Shown here piece by piece: positions 40,226 through 52,578 of a DNA stretch of 64,000 nucleotides (positions within the stretch are counted from its first letter, which is position 1; every line of letters starts with the position of its first letter). The position numbers and the translations under genes are program-made. The stretch spans positions 81,840,001 to 81,904,000 of the forward strand of contig OX597827.1 of the NCBI GenBank assembly GCA_951406725.2. Direction: 5' to 3'. Source of the stretch: Octopus vulgaris (lineage: Eukaryota). Under the pieces are notes generated by a model. That model made no database searches. It was not told the DNA's origin and was given only the letters and a program-made list of their open reading frames with translations.

Positions 40226-42847
40226 AGACAAGACAAAGAACACAATGTGACTGTAATAGATATTTTATTGGTTGAATGATATTTTGACAGCAAACCTCTC
40301 TTTGTCGAGTTCATGATAAAAAGTGATAAAAATTCAAAATTATAGAAATTTAAATTTAAAGTATTAATGAGAGCAACCAGGACCCTCACATTGATGGAAT
40401 GATAGCATCAGTCCTTAAGTTTCAATTTTATAACAGGCAAAACGAAAAAGAAAAAAGACAAAAAAAGGGGAAAGTAAAAAAGGGAAAAGAAGAATATTTA
40501 ATCAAACAGTTTTGTATAAATTTTGATGATATTCTCCTGTCATTTTATTCATTCCTCCAGGGCAGGATGTTAATAACCCACAAAAGTATTTCTCCTCATG
40601 CATTCTGAGAAGTGAAAGTGAAGCAGATTCAGAATATTTTCAAGTCTTTTTCAAAATTACGGCCATTTGAAGCAAGATGTTCAGCAAGTTCTGCTGAACC
40701 ACTCTTATTGTGCCTGACATCATACCTGTGCCCATTAAGTCTTTTGTTTAATTGTTCTGTTGTACAACCAACATAAACCAAGTAGTGTTTCGTGCATTCT
40801 GCTGCGTACACCAAATGGGAATCTCTACATGTCCCACCTTCTGTATAAATCATAGCATTTCTGTTATGGTTCCTGATGAATTCACTTGATTCATGTTGCT
40901 GCTCAATGAACAGGGCTTACCTCTCTTGCGGCTGTTTTTCAAGTTACAGTGTGCAGATAGTCAAATGTTCATTTCCTTGCAGTCAGAAATAGAGGTCAAT
41001 AGTTCTCTTATATTCTTATTCCATCTAAAGGCTACATTTGGCGGCTGAAGAAATATCAATTTGAAACCAAGATATCTTTTCACCACATGCTGGTAACTTT
41101 CAGGCAATATTTCTGAAATGCCAGCGAATTTTCGGTGCCAGTTAATCACTAAAGGAATTCTGTTATCTATTGTGTTGTGTTTGTTAAAATTATGTGTGAA
41201 GGTTTGCCTGTCTTTGCTAATCTTAGCTATTTCATTCGCTATTTCCTTTAATCGGGATTCACTGTAACCACATTTGACATAACGATGTACAAAATCATTT
41301 GCATGTTTCCAGTAATCCCCTATGTCAGTACAAATCCATCTTATCCTCAAAAATTGGGATTTCAGATTTGACTGAATTATATGATGTGGATGATCGGAGC
41401 AGCGGTGCAGATAAAAGTGGGATAATGTGGGCTTGGAAAATAACTCTGTCACTATTCTGCCTCCAGAAAACTTAACTATTGTGACCCAAAATTCAACGTT
41501 AGTTTTTGAAAAACTAGACATAAATTTTATGTTGGACTTTAAGCCATAGTTTTTAGCATAACAGTCACAGAAACGCAAGAAGTCCATTAAACTATCCTGT
41601 GATCCTTCCCAGACAAAAAAGACGTCATAAATGAACCGAAACTAGTATTGGTTCATGAGCATGTAGGGATTTGAATGTCTTCAGTAACTGTGTCTCAAAT
41701 TTCGTCATGAAGACATTAGAAAAAATTAACTGCCATGGGGTTACCCATAGTGCAACCCCTCAACTGGTGGTAAAATCTTTGTCCAAACTTCATTGTGTTA
41801 CTTTCTAACACAAACCTCAATAACCTACAGAGAAAATTTGATGGAATACTTTTGTTTGACTGTTTTTCGAAGGCTTCTACCCTTTCATTGTGGTCAATAT
41901 TGGGATATAAGGAAGAAGCATCCATGGTTACCAAAAACCAGTTCTCAACACAGTCTTAGTACTGAAAAAGATGTTGATTTTCAACACAAAATGAAAAGTA
42001 TCCTGAATAATAGGAACTTGATCTTTATGCAAAGGGGAGTTGAAAGCCATCCAGCCATTCTGAAATCTTGGCTGTACAACATTCATATCCACTGCAGATT
42101 GGGTGCATTGGAGGAAATCTTTCATACGTTTTGTGTATTTTAGGGACACCATAAAATACAGGTGTTCTTCTTTCTGACCATAAAATTCTGGATTCGGCCT
42201 TATTCATGAAATTGTTTTCTTCCATTTCCAGAATTATCTTGTCAAGTTTCTCTCTGTAATTGGGGTTTAGACAGGTAATTCTTCATATGAAGTTTTGTCA
42301 TTTAAAACTTCTTCACAAGCCAAAATGTACTCAAATTTATCCGTAATTATGATAGTGCCTTCCTTATTCATCATTTTAATAACAATAGAATCGTTATTAG
42401 CCAGACATTGGAGTGCATAACGTTGGGAATCTGTGAAGTTATTCCAGGACTTCTTTCCACTTGTATTAAGGCTTTCTCTAATGCCTGTTTGACAAGATTC
42501 AGGAAATTCCAGTAGTGTTTGTGAACATCCATTCCGAACTTTATCTGGATACCAATTGGAATTCTTTTCAGTTCAATTATGCCTGATTTGATCATCATTT
42601 TTTTCCTTTCCTCTTTTTTTTCTGTCTTTTTCTTTTCGCTCGTTATAAAATTGAAACTTAAAGACTGATGATGTCATTCCATCAAAGTGTAGATGCTAGT
42701 TGATCTTCTTCATACTTTAAATTCAAATATCTATAATTTTGAATTTTCATCACTTATTTTGAACTTGACAAAGACAGGCTTATTGTCAAAATATCGTTCA
42801 ACCAATAAAATATCCATTGCAATTGCATCGTGCTCTTTGTCTTATCT
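40226..42847 (-). mobile_element. Penelope-like element (RT plus GIY-YIG endonuclease), decayed, with inverted terminal repeats
   Basis: FYGVPKIHK, VTMDASSLYPNID, GCTMGNPMAVNF, RFIYDVFFVW (catalytic DD mutated), SDHPHHI..SQFLRIR, LVYAAECTKH..YVGCT..LNKRLNGHR. The ~240-bp IRs lie at 40226-40470 and 42600-42847. Confidence 0.93.
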
Positions 42848-42859
42848 ATTATTATTGTT

Positions 42860-43722
42860 TATTTTCCTTCTTTCTTCAAATTTTCTTTCATTTCTCGCCA
42901 AGTGTTTTCCATACACCTGGGCAGAGAAGCTCATTGTATGCATTCCCAGATTACACATGCAAATTCACAGGTAAAATATGTATTTAAAAAAATTAATAAA
43001 TAAATTCATGAATGGATGTTATTTTCACAGCGATAATGTTCTATGATTTTTTGCTCTTCCTGTAGGGATGGTAAGCCTGATATCATTTTCAAATAGGTTT
43101 CAGTACCTTTTTTTTATCATTCTTAGAGATCCTACAATCACTGGTACTGTAGTTGCCTTGAGATTCCACATTTTTTTCAATATCTATTAGCAAGTCTTTA
43201 TATTTACTGATCTTGTCAAATTCTTCCGCCTCTATTTTGTGATCGTAAGGAATACTCATGTCAATTAATAAACACACCTTTTTTGTCTGATCTTTTATAA
43301 TAATACCCGGTTTATTAGCATTTATAGTTTTGTCAGTATGTACGGGGAAATCCTAGAGAATCGATACATTTTCTCCCTCAGTCACAGCTTCAGGATGGTG
43401 TTTATACCATTTGTCTGCCGTTTCAATTTTATAATGCCAACATATTGTATAGTGTAAATACTGGCCGACTCTGTCATGTCTTGCTTTATATTCTACAGGT
43501 GCTAAGACTTTACACCCTGAGATTAGGTGGTCTATAATTTCAATCTCATTGTTACAGAACTGGCATTTTGGGTCAGCTCCAATTTTTATCACATTGGCTT
43601 GGTAGTTCCGGGTTAATAAGCTTTGATCTTCAGCAGCTAATATGAAACCTTCACTCTCTGCTTTTAGCCCTGAGCTTCGTAACCACTGATGCGTGTGTTT
43701 CTGTTTGAAATCAGCTTGTTTG
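42860..43722 (-). mobile_element. R4/Dong-clade LINE fragment f
   Basis: HQWLRSSGLKAESEGFILAAEDQSL, CQFC..IDHLISGC, ARHDRVG, CLLIDMSIP..KISKYKDL; (TAA)n at the 5' break. Confidence 0.92.
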
Positions 43723-43757
43723 CTAATTATCATTATTATTATTATCATTATCATTAT

Positions 43758-44210
43758 TAAAGCAGTAAACTTGCAGAATGGTTAGCACAATGGGCAAAAT
43801 TCTTAGTGGTATTTCATCCATCCTTACATTCTGAGTTCAAATTCTGCTGAGGTCAACTTTGCCTTTCAGGGTCGATAAATTAAGTACCTGTCAAGTACTG
43901 GGGTTGATATAATCAACTTACCCCTTCTCCACAAATTTCTGGCTTTGTGCCTATAGTAGAAAGGATTACTATTATTATTATTTAAGGTGGTAGACTGGCA
44001 GAATTGCTTGCATACCAGGCGAAATGCTTAGCTGTATTTTATCTGCTGCTACATTCTGAGTTCAAATTCCACCATGGTCGATTTTGCCTTTCATCCTTTC
44101 AGGGTCAATAAATTAAATACCAGTTGAACATTGGGATCAATGTAATCGACACATCCCCATCCCAAAAAAGGCTGCCCTTGTGGCAAAATTTGAAACCATT
44201 ATTATTATTT
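43758..44210 (+). mobile_element. Two tandem SINE family A copies separated by (ATT)n
   Basis: Copies at 43758-43966 and 43983-44198. Confidence 0.88.
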
Positions 44211-46030
44211 GGTGGGAACCCTCAGCTTATTTTGCTGGGTGTGAGGAAAAGTGTCAGCTGTCCACCGCCAGCAGACTAAGGTGACACTTGCTTAATGGCC
44301 ATGCTTCAAGAACCCTGTGAAGAATTCTTGCAGTTCTCAAATAATGCTGACTTTTGTAGGTGTTCTATCCTTACATTTGTACCAATCTTTTTGAGCCATG
44401 TTATAGTTGAGTGCACAAAGTGGTCCTTGGTGCCCTTGGATTCTTTTACAGCATCCCTTTTGTTCTACTCAAAATAGATTGTTTTCCACAAGGAATGAAT
44501 ATATTTTCCCTGCAAAGATGCCTATTTGCCATTTCCATAAAAGGTTAAGGCAAGTAATGGGTTAGTAATTAGCAGCCTCATTGCCCTTTAACTAATCTTT
44601 CATTAACAATTTTGTCCTCCTCTCTACAATCCATTCCAGAACTGCACCACTCTGTTGGCAATTGTCGAATTGCAATGCAATTCATTTATGTGTTGAGCTA
44701 AACCACTTGAGCCAACAGCCTTGGATTTCATCTGGTCTTGCTGCTCTCCAGTTTGGCAGTTTTGATACCCGTCTAATTACATTGTCTGTTGTTATGCATA
44801 CATGGTCTTGTCATGAAGCTTCAGGGCAATGGAGTTTGGATCCACTCAGCACCATTGTTGTAGGAAACCTCTTGCCCCCAGATATTATTCCAAAATTGAC
44901 GGGTTTCCTCTACTTCAGGGGGTATTTTATCTTCTGTCTCCACCACCTAAGCTCTTTAAAGAAAACTGCTTCTGCTTATTTGTGAAGAACTTGTTTTGCT
45001 GGGACTGCAATATACAATCAGTGTAAAGTTGCACCTTTAATGCCCCCCCCCCCCCCCCACATTTTAGGGTCTGGATAACAGTTTTTAATCCTTTCTTTTC
45101 TATTTGCTATTTCGTTTCCCTCCCATCTTCTTTAGGATGTCTCCATTGCCCTTTGGACCATTCTTTTATGTGACTCAGATCTTTATCTTTTTAATATTGT
45201 CTTCAATTGTCTGCTTCCACTCTGGCTTCTTCTGTCCATCTGCTTCCTCCGCTCTCTTTCCAACCAGTCTGCCTACTAAAACTGAAGTGGATCTGGTCAA
45301 GTCCCTTTTTTTTCCGATCTTTTGTTGGAATGTACTTCAGGATCCCATCAACCTTTTGGGTTGCACGTTTCACATTGTCACGGTCAAAGCGTCTCAGATT
45401 CACTGGTTTGGTCTCTGTTCTTGTAAATGTTATATCCTCAAGTCATATCATCAGGTCTCTCTGTTCCCCAGTCATATCCTCTCATAATACAGGGTACTCC
45501 CCATTATATTGATTAGCTGGCCCCTTCCCTACTACAACTTCAGCTTGCTTACTCATTTGCTGATCTTCACCTATGTTATTCTCCTCACGATTATCCCCAC
45601 TGCAGAGGTTTTTCCTGATTGTCTGAATCTGAGCCTCATTAAGAAAGCCTTTATTCCAAGTCATTCTTATCTGATTCATGAACCCATCTTCTGTAATCTG
45701 GAACAGCTGGTTCCAAAGTTCTAAAGATCTTTTCCTCACAGCTTTACATTTGCCATTGTTCTTGTCTAGCAAGGCTTGTTCCTGGCACTTAATTGCCTTT
45801 TTGCTCATATCGACAGACCACTTGTGTTTGCAAGCACATTGCATATTTCAACTAGTAAAAGGATTATGACTGGGAGGAGTCTGGTCCTCTCTATTGCCTC
45901 TGAGGGGCCTCTGCCAGGCACGGGAGATCTGGTGTCTTGGACATCCAGGGGAGTCTTCCCATTCATGCCTATGCTCTTCTACAGAAAGGGACACAGAAAA
46001 AAAGTAGTAATAGTATGGCTGGTTGGGTAG
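44210..46030 (-). mobile_element. Internally deleted R4/Dong-clade LINE g (N-terminus and start of RT joined to 3' end)
   Basis: N-terminal KHKWS..QIRMTWNKGFLNEAQIQTIRK, PNWRAARPDEIQGCWLK, NY*PITCL, then directly LQKSAL..ARIL and a 3' UTR ending at (TAA)n. Confidence 0.8.
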
Positions 46031-46271
46031 CAGGTTAGTTAGCAGACTGTTAGGTTAACATCTGTGCTTGCAACTCTCTCCTTGAGGTTTAAGCTAGTCA
46101 TTTTGGTTTTTTGAAAAAGTTTGGGGGGCGGGACAGCAAAAGAAAATAGTTCTGGTGGAGGAGGGGAACATATGTGACCTCTACAGCACTTGTGGGACCT
46201 GAGCATTATTATCACTACCACTATCATCCTCGTCATCATCATTGTCAACACCAATATCATTATGAATTTAA

Positions 46272-47075
46272 GTACCCAAAAGTAACCAGAACCCTTCTCT
46301 GTGGGACAAGCCTGCTGTCCTTCAGGTTTCCACCCCTCAGGTATCAGTCTACTGATCAGTGTTGTCGGGTGAAGTGGTACGGCCACGTGGTGTGTATTTG
46401 TTTTGTAGGTCGTCAGTTTTTGCAATGGCTGACACGATGGAACTTCCATGAAATTCTGTTTTCTATTGGGGAAAACGGTGGCTGAAACAGTTGACATGCT
46501 TCAAACAACTTACAAGGATGTTACCATGAGCAAATCACAAGTTTACGAGTGGTTTCCACTGTTTAGGAATGGTCATTCGTCACTTGAAGACCAACCTCGT
46601 TCAGGGCAACCGTTGACTTCCTGAACGAATAACAATATCATGAAAATTCACAAAATGATCTTGGAGGGCCATCACTGAACAATTGACAAAGTTGGTGTGT
46701 CCTGAAGCCAAATTTATGCCTTGGTTGCTCACGGAAGATCAAAGGCAGCAGTGACTGAGTGCATGTTGTGAACTGAAAGAACAGCTGGAAATTGAGCCAG
46801 ACCTATTTTCGAAGGTCCTCACTGGTGATGAAAGCTGGTGCTATGAAATTTGCAGAAATGGAGGAGGTGAATAAAAATTAAAAAAACGATGAAGGCGTTA
46901 AAAGGCATCACTTTGCAAGAGTTCCAGAGCTGCTTTGAACAGTGGAAAACACATCTGGACTGATGCATTGTTTCAAGTGAAAAATATTTTGAAGGCGATA
47001 AAAGCGTAAACATGGAAAACTAAGTGAATAAAATAATATTGCAAAATTCCGGTTTCTTTTGGGTACCCCTTCGTA
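46272..47075 (+). mobile_element. Mariner deletion derivative
   Basis: TIR remnants GTACCCAAAAGTAACCAGAA and TTCCGGTTTCTTTTGGGTACCCCTTCG|TA; translates to MKFCFLLGKTVAET..SKSQVYEWF..LEDQPRSGQP and VLTGDESWCY; most of the catalytic domain is missing. Confidence 0.9.
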
Positions 47076-47107
47076 TGTAGCATGACCAATTATTTTATTT
47101 TTTTTTT

Positions 47108-47318
47108 TTTACTCTAGGCACAAGGCCTGAAATTTTGGGTGATGGGGCCAGTCGATTAGATCGACTCCAGTATGCAACTGGTACTTAATTTATCGACCCT
47201 GAAAGGATGAAAGGCAAAGTTGACCTTGGCGGAATTTGAACTCAGAACGTAAAGACAGACAAAATACCGCAGAGTATTTTTCCCAGCATGCTAACGTTCC
47301 TGCCAGCTTGCCACCTTA
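47108..47318 (-). mobile_element. SINE family A
   Basis: Near-complete reverse complement of family A. Confidence 0.9.
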
Positions 47319-47764
47319 CCAATTTCTATTATGGCACATCGAAGACAATCAGCCTTTTATAGGCTCAGCTCATTAAACTCTAATGATTGGTCATCTAACC
47401 TATCGTGTGAGTCTTGAACATTGATTGAGTCCTGTACTTTGATTGGTACCTTACCATGTTCTGCAGAACATGGAAAGCTACCAAAGTGTCTCTCTGTCAA
47501 TAGAGTACAGTGGTAAGTTGAAGGGTTTCTGACTGCAGGGAGTAAGGTCTAGTATCTAAAGGAGATGGTGAGGGTTTATGGAACCAACATTGGCCTAGTC
47601 TGTAGGAGTACGTTGTGAAAGTGTCTGGTAAGTTTGTTTGATGTGAAAGGTAGATAAATTGCCAGTTTTAACATTTGTTGTTTGTGTGAAAATGTTGAAG
47701 GAATGTCAAGTGGTGATGTCACTCTGGCTGATAACAATGGTTCTAGGTTCAAATCTTACTTAAA

Positions 47765-47972
47765 CCCTTCAGCATTCGGATTTCTCAGTCAAATTTAATG
47801 CTTATTTATTCACACTGATTTGAACTGATCATGCATTGTCTTGTAATATGGAGGTTTCAATGATGTGATTGCTTATTTTTAGAATGACATTGTAGGGTAG
47901 GTGTGAGAAGTTAGATTTGGCCAGTTTGAACATAAAACTGGTAGAATATTTGGGTTGAATGTAGCTAAAGGG
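47765..47972 (+). mobile_element. piggyBac-like MITE (same family as 4991-5211)
   Basis: CCCTTCAGCATTC...GCTAAAGGG|TTAA with internal homology to 4991-5211. Confidence 0.82.
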
Positions 47973-48231
47973 TTAAACATTGTACTGTGTGGTCCCTGAT
48001 CCAATCACATCTTATTGCCTGACCCCCATTTTGCTTGACTAAACCATGAAGCAGGGAGTGGTGGAACTTGTTTGAAACACTCCCTATTTCATGGTTCAGT
48101 GGTTACAGGTAGGAAGGTGGAGTTAACGAACTGTAAAAATGATTACTTTAACAAAGAAAGCATCCCATGCAGTGTTGCTTTGGTGTCATGTAATGAGGAA
48201 AGGTAAACAACTTAGCACAGTGCCTGGTGTA

Positions 48232-48490
48232 GGTGCATGGCCTGGTGGTTAAAGTGTTGTGTTCATAATTATAAGATGAGGGTTTCAATTCTTGGACTGA
48301 CTGATGTATTGTGTTCTTGAGCAAAATACTTCATCTCATGTTGCTCTCCACAGTCACTTTGACACCTGACATGTGGCTCACCATCCACCTGTTCAGGTAA
48401 TGTCAATTTGATAGAGGGAGTCAGCTAATGTACAGCACATATATTTGGTCCTTATAAACAGATCATTTGTTGAGGTTGTTGGGCAACCAA
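48232..48490 (+). mobile_element. tRNA-derived SINE sharing the family C head/core but with a different 3' half
   Basis: TGGCCTGGTGG A-box-like, GGTTTCAATTC, and TGTGTTCTTGAGCAAAATACTTCAT core. Confidence 0.6.
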
Positions 48491-48752
48491 AAGATCTTGC
48501 ACTGTGGATCTGTTTCAAACTGGGTTTTTCTGCAACTGTTCTCTGTTTAGTAGCAGTATTTCGTCTCCAGCCCCTTCTGTTGTTTCTCTTTGCCCACAGC
48601 CACATTGCAGTGTGACGTTGTGTGGTGCCATGAAGTCTATGATGCAGTAAACATTTCTGTAGATTCATATATTGCAGAGATGTCATTTTATAGTTGAAGA
48701 TCACATCCAGCTTCTCTAGCTGGGTGTTATCCCAACATGAAGTCAGTGTGAA

Positions 48753-49065
48753 GGCATGTGGCATAATGGTTTAGGTATTTGGCCTACAGTCATGAAGTTG
48801 TGAGTAAAATTTCCAGCAGTGTGATGCACCCTTGAACAAGACACTTAATTACATGTTGCTCTAATCCACTCAGCTGGTAAAATGCATTGTACCTGTAATT
48901 CAGAAGGGGCCAGCCTTGTCCCTTTCTGTGTCGTGCTGAATCTCCCTGAGAACTATGTTGAGGTTTCGGATGTCCATGGAGTGCTCAACCACTTGCATGT
49001 TAATATCATGAGCAGACTGTTCCATTGATCGGATCAACTGCAACCCTCGTCATCATGGCCAATAG
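48753..49065 (+). mobile_element. SINE family C
   Basis: Full-length homology to 4229 and 9712(-). Confidence 0.85.
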
Positions 49066-49382
49066 GGTGGGGCAGGAAACATGGAACCAGGCTACGGCAA
49101 GGACGCTGAAACAGTTCAGCTGATGTCCAAGCAGTCCTTGCATCTGGCACCAAGTAGAGTTAAGAACATTATCGGGGGAGGATGGTGATGTATGAACTAG
49201 GGGAAGCAGTGGGGGTAAATAAGGAGGGCAGGGGCAAGATTAGGGAGAGGAGGGTGAGAGGGTGATGAAGCGTGCAGACAGACAGGCAAAGAGCCAAGAA
49301 TGAAAGAATGATTTCATAAAATACAAACTCATCTCTTAGCATGTGTATTTTATTTCTCAAGGTTATTGTCTATCAATAATAG

Positions 49383-49420
<38 letters not shown>

Positions 49421-51639
49421 GTGTGTGTGTGTACCTGTCTATCTGTCTCTTTATCTATTCAACTTCCTATCTACTACTCCTTTATATAAACCATCTCCCA
49501 TGATTGTTTGCCTGCTTGAAATACACACACACACACACACACAGAGGAACAAATACATCTTTATAATGTACTATTGTCTATATATATATATATATATATA
49601 TGTATATACACACACGCACATATACATACATTCATATGCGCATGCAGGAGTGTATATGTGTGCGTGTGTTAATCCATTGTGAAGCTTATTGATTGACATC
49701 AAAGCTGTTCTGTATTGTCACTTGAGTTCCTTTCATCAGACAATGGTAACACAATTAGATCCTCCCATACAATATTCTGGAGGCAAGCAATCACCACAAT
49801 AGCAGAGCTACCATTCGAAATGCCTGCCACCATCTCATTTCCTCATCTGCTGATCTCAAGCGGAATCACTACACACACACACTGACATACTGTGTTTCCG
49901 GCAGCATTGTTCAGAAACTACAAATACCAGTTATAAACTGGGTGTGGGGTGAAGTTTTGTTGATTTAATTACTTTAATAATAATAATCAATCGATACACC
50001 TACATTGATCCCCTCTAATCCATCGCACTTAACTCAACTGTCCCCCCCCCTCTATCAAACACAACTGGATGATTGCCACAATTTCATCACTAGCTTAATG
50101 TGATGAATTGTAATGGTTTACTTGGGGAAATTTTCAACCCCTGGGGAATCTTAGATGTGAGAGAGTCTGACAGTTCATCCAGGGGAAGAATTATTTCTCA
50201 TCATAGAGTCTATCTGAAAGACTGGTGTCCTATCCCAATGAAGAGTAACCTCTCATCACAGTGTATTTCTCAGAGGCCATTGTCTCCTCTCCAAAGCATT
50301 ATTTCTCATTACAGTGTCTCTGGGTTAAACACATCATCACATCTCACCTGAATAACAGATTTTGTGTGGTGAACATAGCCTTTAAATGACCAGTGTCTTC
50401 TCCGGGGTAAGTGTTGTCTCACATGACTGCGTTTTAGGCTTCAACCCATTATGCATCATTTTACTGTTGTTGTTTAGCTCCTGGTCAACTCTGGTTTAGA
50501 TGACACATAAACAAAAGGATTCTCCATCTTTTTTGAATATCATGGACTGTATTGTCCCCCATGGTCAAAGGAATGGCTTTTTGGTTAAGGACCCTCACCA
50601 CATCACCATGTTGCTTCCAGTTCAACCTTACTTCATGACACTTTTTGGCTAGTGTCTTCTGTCATTGCATCAAACTGACCAATTCTTTGTAATTGAAATT
50701 TGGCCATCAGAAGGTGTCTGGGAGACTTCTGTATGCATAATCAATCAATCTGCTGGCCTTGATTGGACTCATAGAAAATAGCAAAAGTCTTTGACTGTCT
50801 CCTTAAAAGAAATGACTGCATGTGCATTATTTCAAGAACTTAGATGCAGCCTACAATTTACATCTGATAAGAATTCATTTTTAAATATTAAGAGAAACAT
50901 TATTGAGGTTCTTGTTTAAAAGTTAAAAGGTAAAAATTGTCCTTCTCTTTTTAAGAGTGTAGGGTGTGATCTGAGGTATATTTGCTTTATTATTTCTGGC
51001 CGCTGTATATCATCTCTCATACAAATAAACAATAGGGATGCTAGAGTAAAATTTCTCAAAATACTCTTAACTCTTGCTATCTTTCTTTTTTGAGCAAATT
51101 TTTAAAGTCCTCTCCCTCCTACTCTAATTCAGCAAATTGAAATACACCACACGTATATAATCCATATACACGTGCACACAGACAAGCCAAGACATTATTT
51201 AACACAACAGATGCAGTGGCTGTCTTTATGGCATGTATGGAAAAACCCATGAATTTTTGACAATGTCTGTAAGTTTATTGTTTACCCACAGAGTTGTTGG
51301 TCTATAGTCAGTTTTGTTTATTTAATTATTCGCATTTTTTTATTGTTGATGTTGTTGCTGCTGTAATTATTACTGTTATAAAATATATCATTAATACTTG
51401 TTTTTACTGTTGTTATTACAATTATATGGAGTCAGAACAGACAGGGTCTTTGGTCCCTTATAGGATAGCAGGTGAGGAGGAAGATATCCTTAGAGTGGAA
51501 ACCTGTTTAAAATGCTTCCAACAGGGTAAACCCTGCTATGTGCAATCATGGATCAGGTGGGAGCAAGAGTCAATTAAAGCAAATATTGCCCTTTGCCTCA
51601 AACTTCCTGGTTTTCCATCAGTAGAAAAAAATCAAAAAG

Positions 51640-52020
51640 TTTGCTTGCCAACCACATGGTTCTGGGTTCAGTTCCACTGCATGGCACCTTGGGCAAGTGT
51701 CTTCTACTATAGCCTTGGGCCAACCAAAGCCTTGTGAGTTGATTTGGTAGATGGTAACTGAAAGAAGCTTTGCATATATGTATATTTGTGTGTGTGTATG
51801 TGCAGTCACATCTTTGTGTCAGTGTTTCTCCCCCACCATTGCCTGACACCCGATGTTGGTGCGTTTATGTCCCCGTAACTTAGTGGTTCAGCAAAAGAAA
51901 CCAATAGGATAAGTACCAACCTTAAAATGATAAGTGCTGAGTTTGATTTGTTTCATTAAAATTCTTGAGGGAGGTGCCCCAGTATGGCCACAGTTTAATG
52001 ACTGAAACAAGTAAAAAAAG
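51640..52020 (+). mobile_element. SINE family B (5'-clipped)
   Basis: Family B core, internal microsatellite and GACTGAAACAAGTAAAA tail. Confidence 0.88.
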
Positions 52021-52052
52021 TGATAAAGGATTACAATTATAACTATGTTGTA

Positions 52053-52193
52053 ACATTATTTACATTTGATGGATATTTGTCCTCATCTTGTTTGCTGTTA
52101 ACACGTTTCGGCTGATATACCTTCCAGCCTCCATCAGGTGTCTTGCGGAAATTTCTACCTGGGTTCTCATTCCTAAGGTATTTTTTTATGTTG

Positions 52194-52238
<45 letters not shown>

Positions 52239-52578
52239 ATTATTATTATTATTCATGTCACTGCCTGGAATCAAACTCGGTATCTTGGGATTAGTAGCCC
52301 ACACTCTTAACCACTACGCCATATGCCTGTGGTATAGTGGTTAAGAGCACGGATTACTAATCCCAAGATACCGAGTTCGATTCCAGGCAGTGACCTGAAT
52401 AATAATAATAATAATAACATCAAAAAATACCTTAGGAATGAGAACCCAGGTTCGAAATTTCCCCAAGACGCCTAAGGCTGTAGGGTATATCAGCTGAAAC
52501 ATGTTAATAACAAACAAGATGAGGACAAGTAAATAATGTAAATAATGTACATAATTCCTCATCTCTTAAATATAGAAT
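52053..52578. mobile_element. Palindromic element: two divergent tRNA-like heads, each followed by (TAA)n and a hammerhead-like core
   Basis: 52053-52325 is the reverse complement of 52329-52548. A-box TGGCGTAGTGG/TGGTATAGTGG and B-box GAGTTCGATTCC; minus-strand GACAC-CTGATGG-A-GGCTG-10nt-CAGCC-GAAA-C-GTGTT at 52142-52100. Confidence 0.85.

Noticed and set aside
52329-52394. tRNA gene
   Set aside because: A/B boxes and an anticodon-like arm are present, but there is no proper acceptor stem or oligo-T terminator; treated as a SINE-like head.
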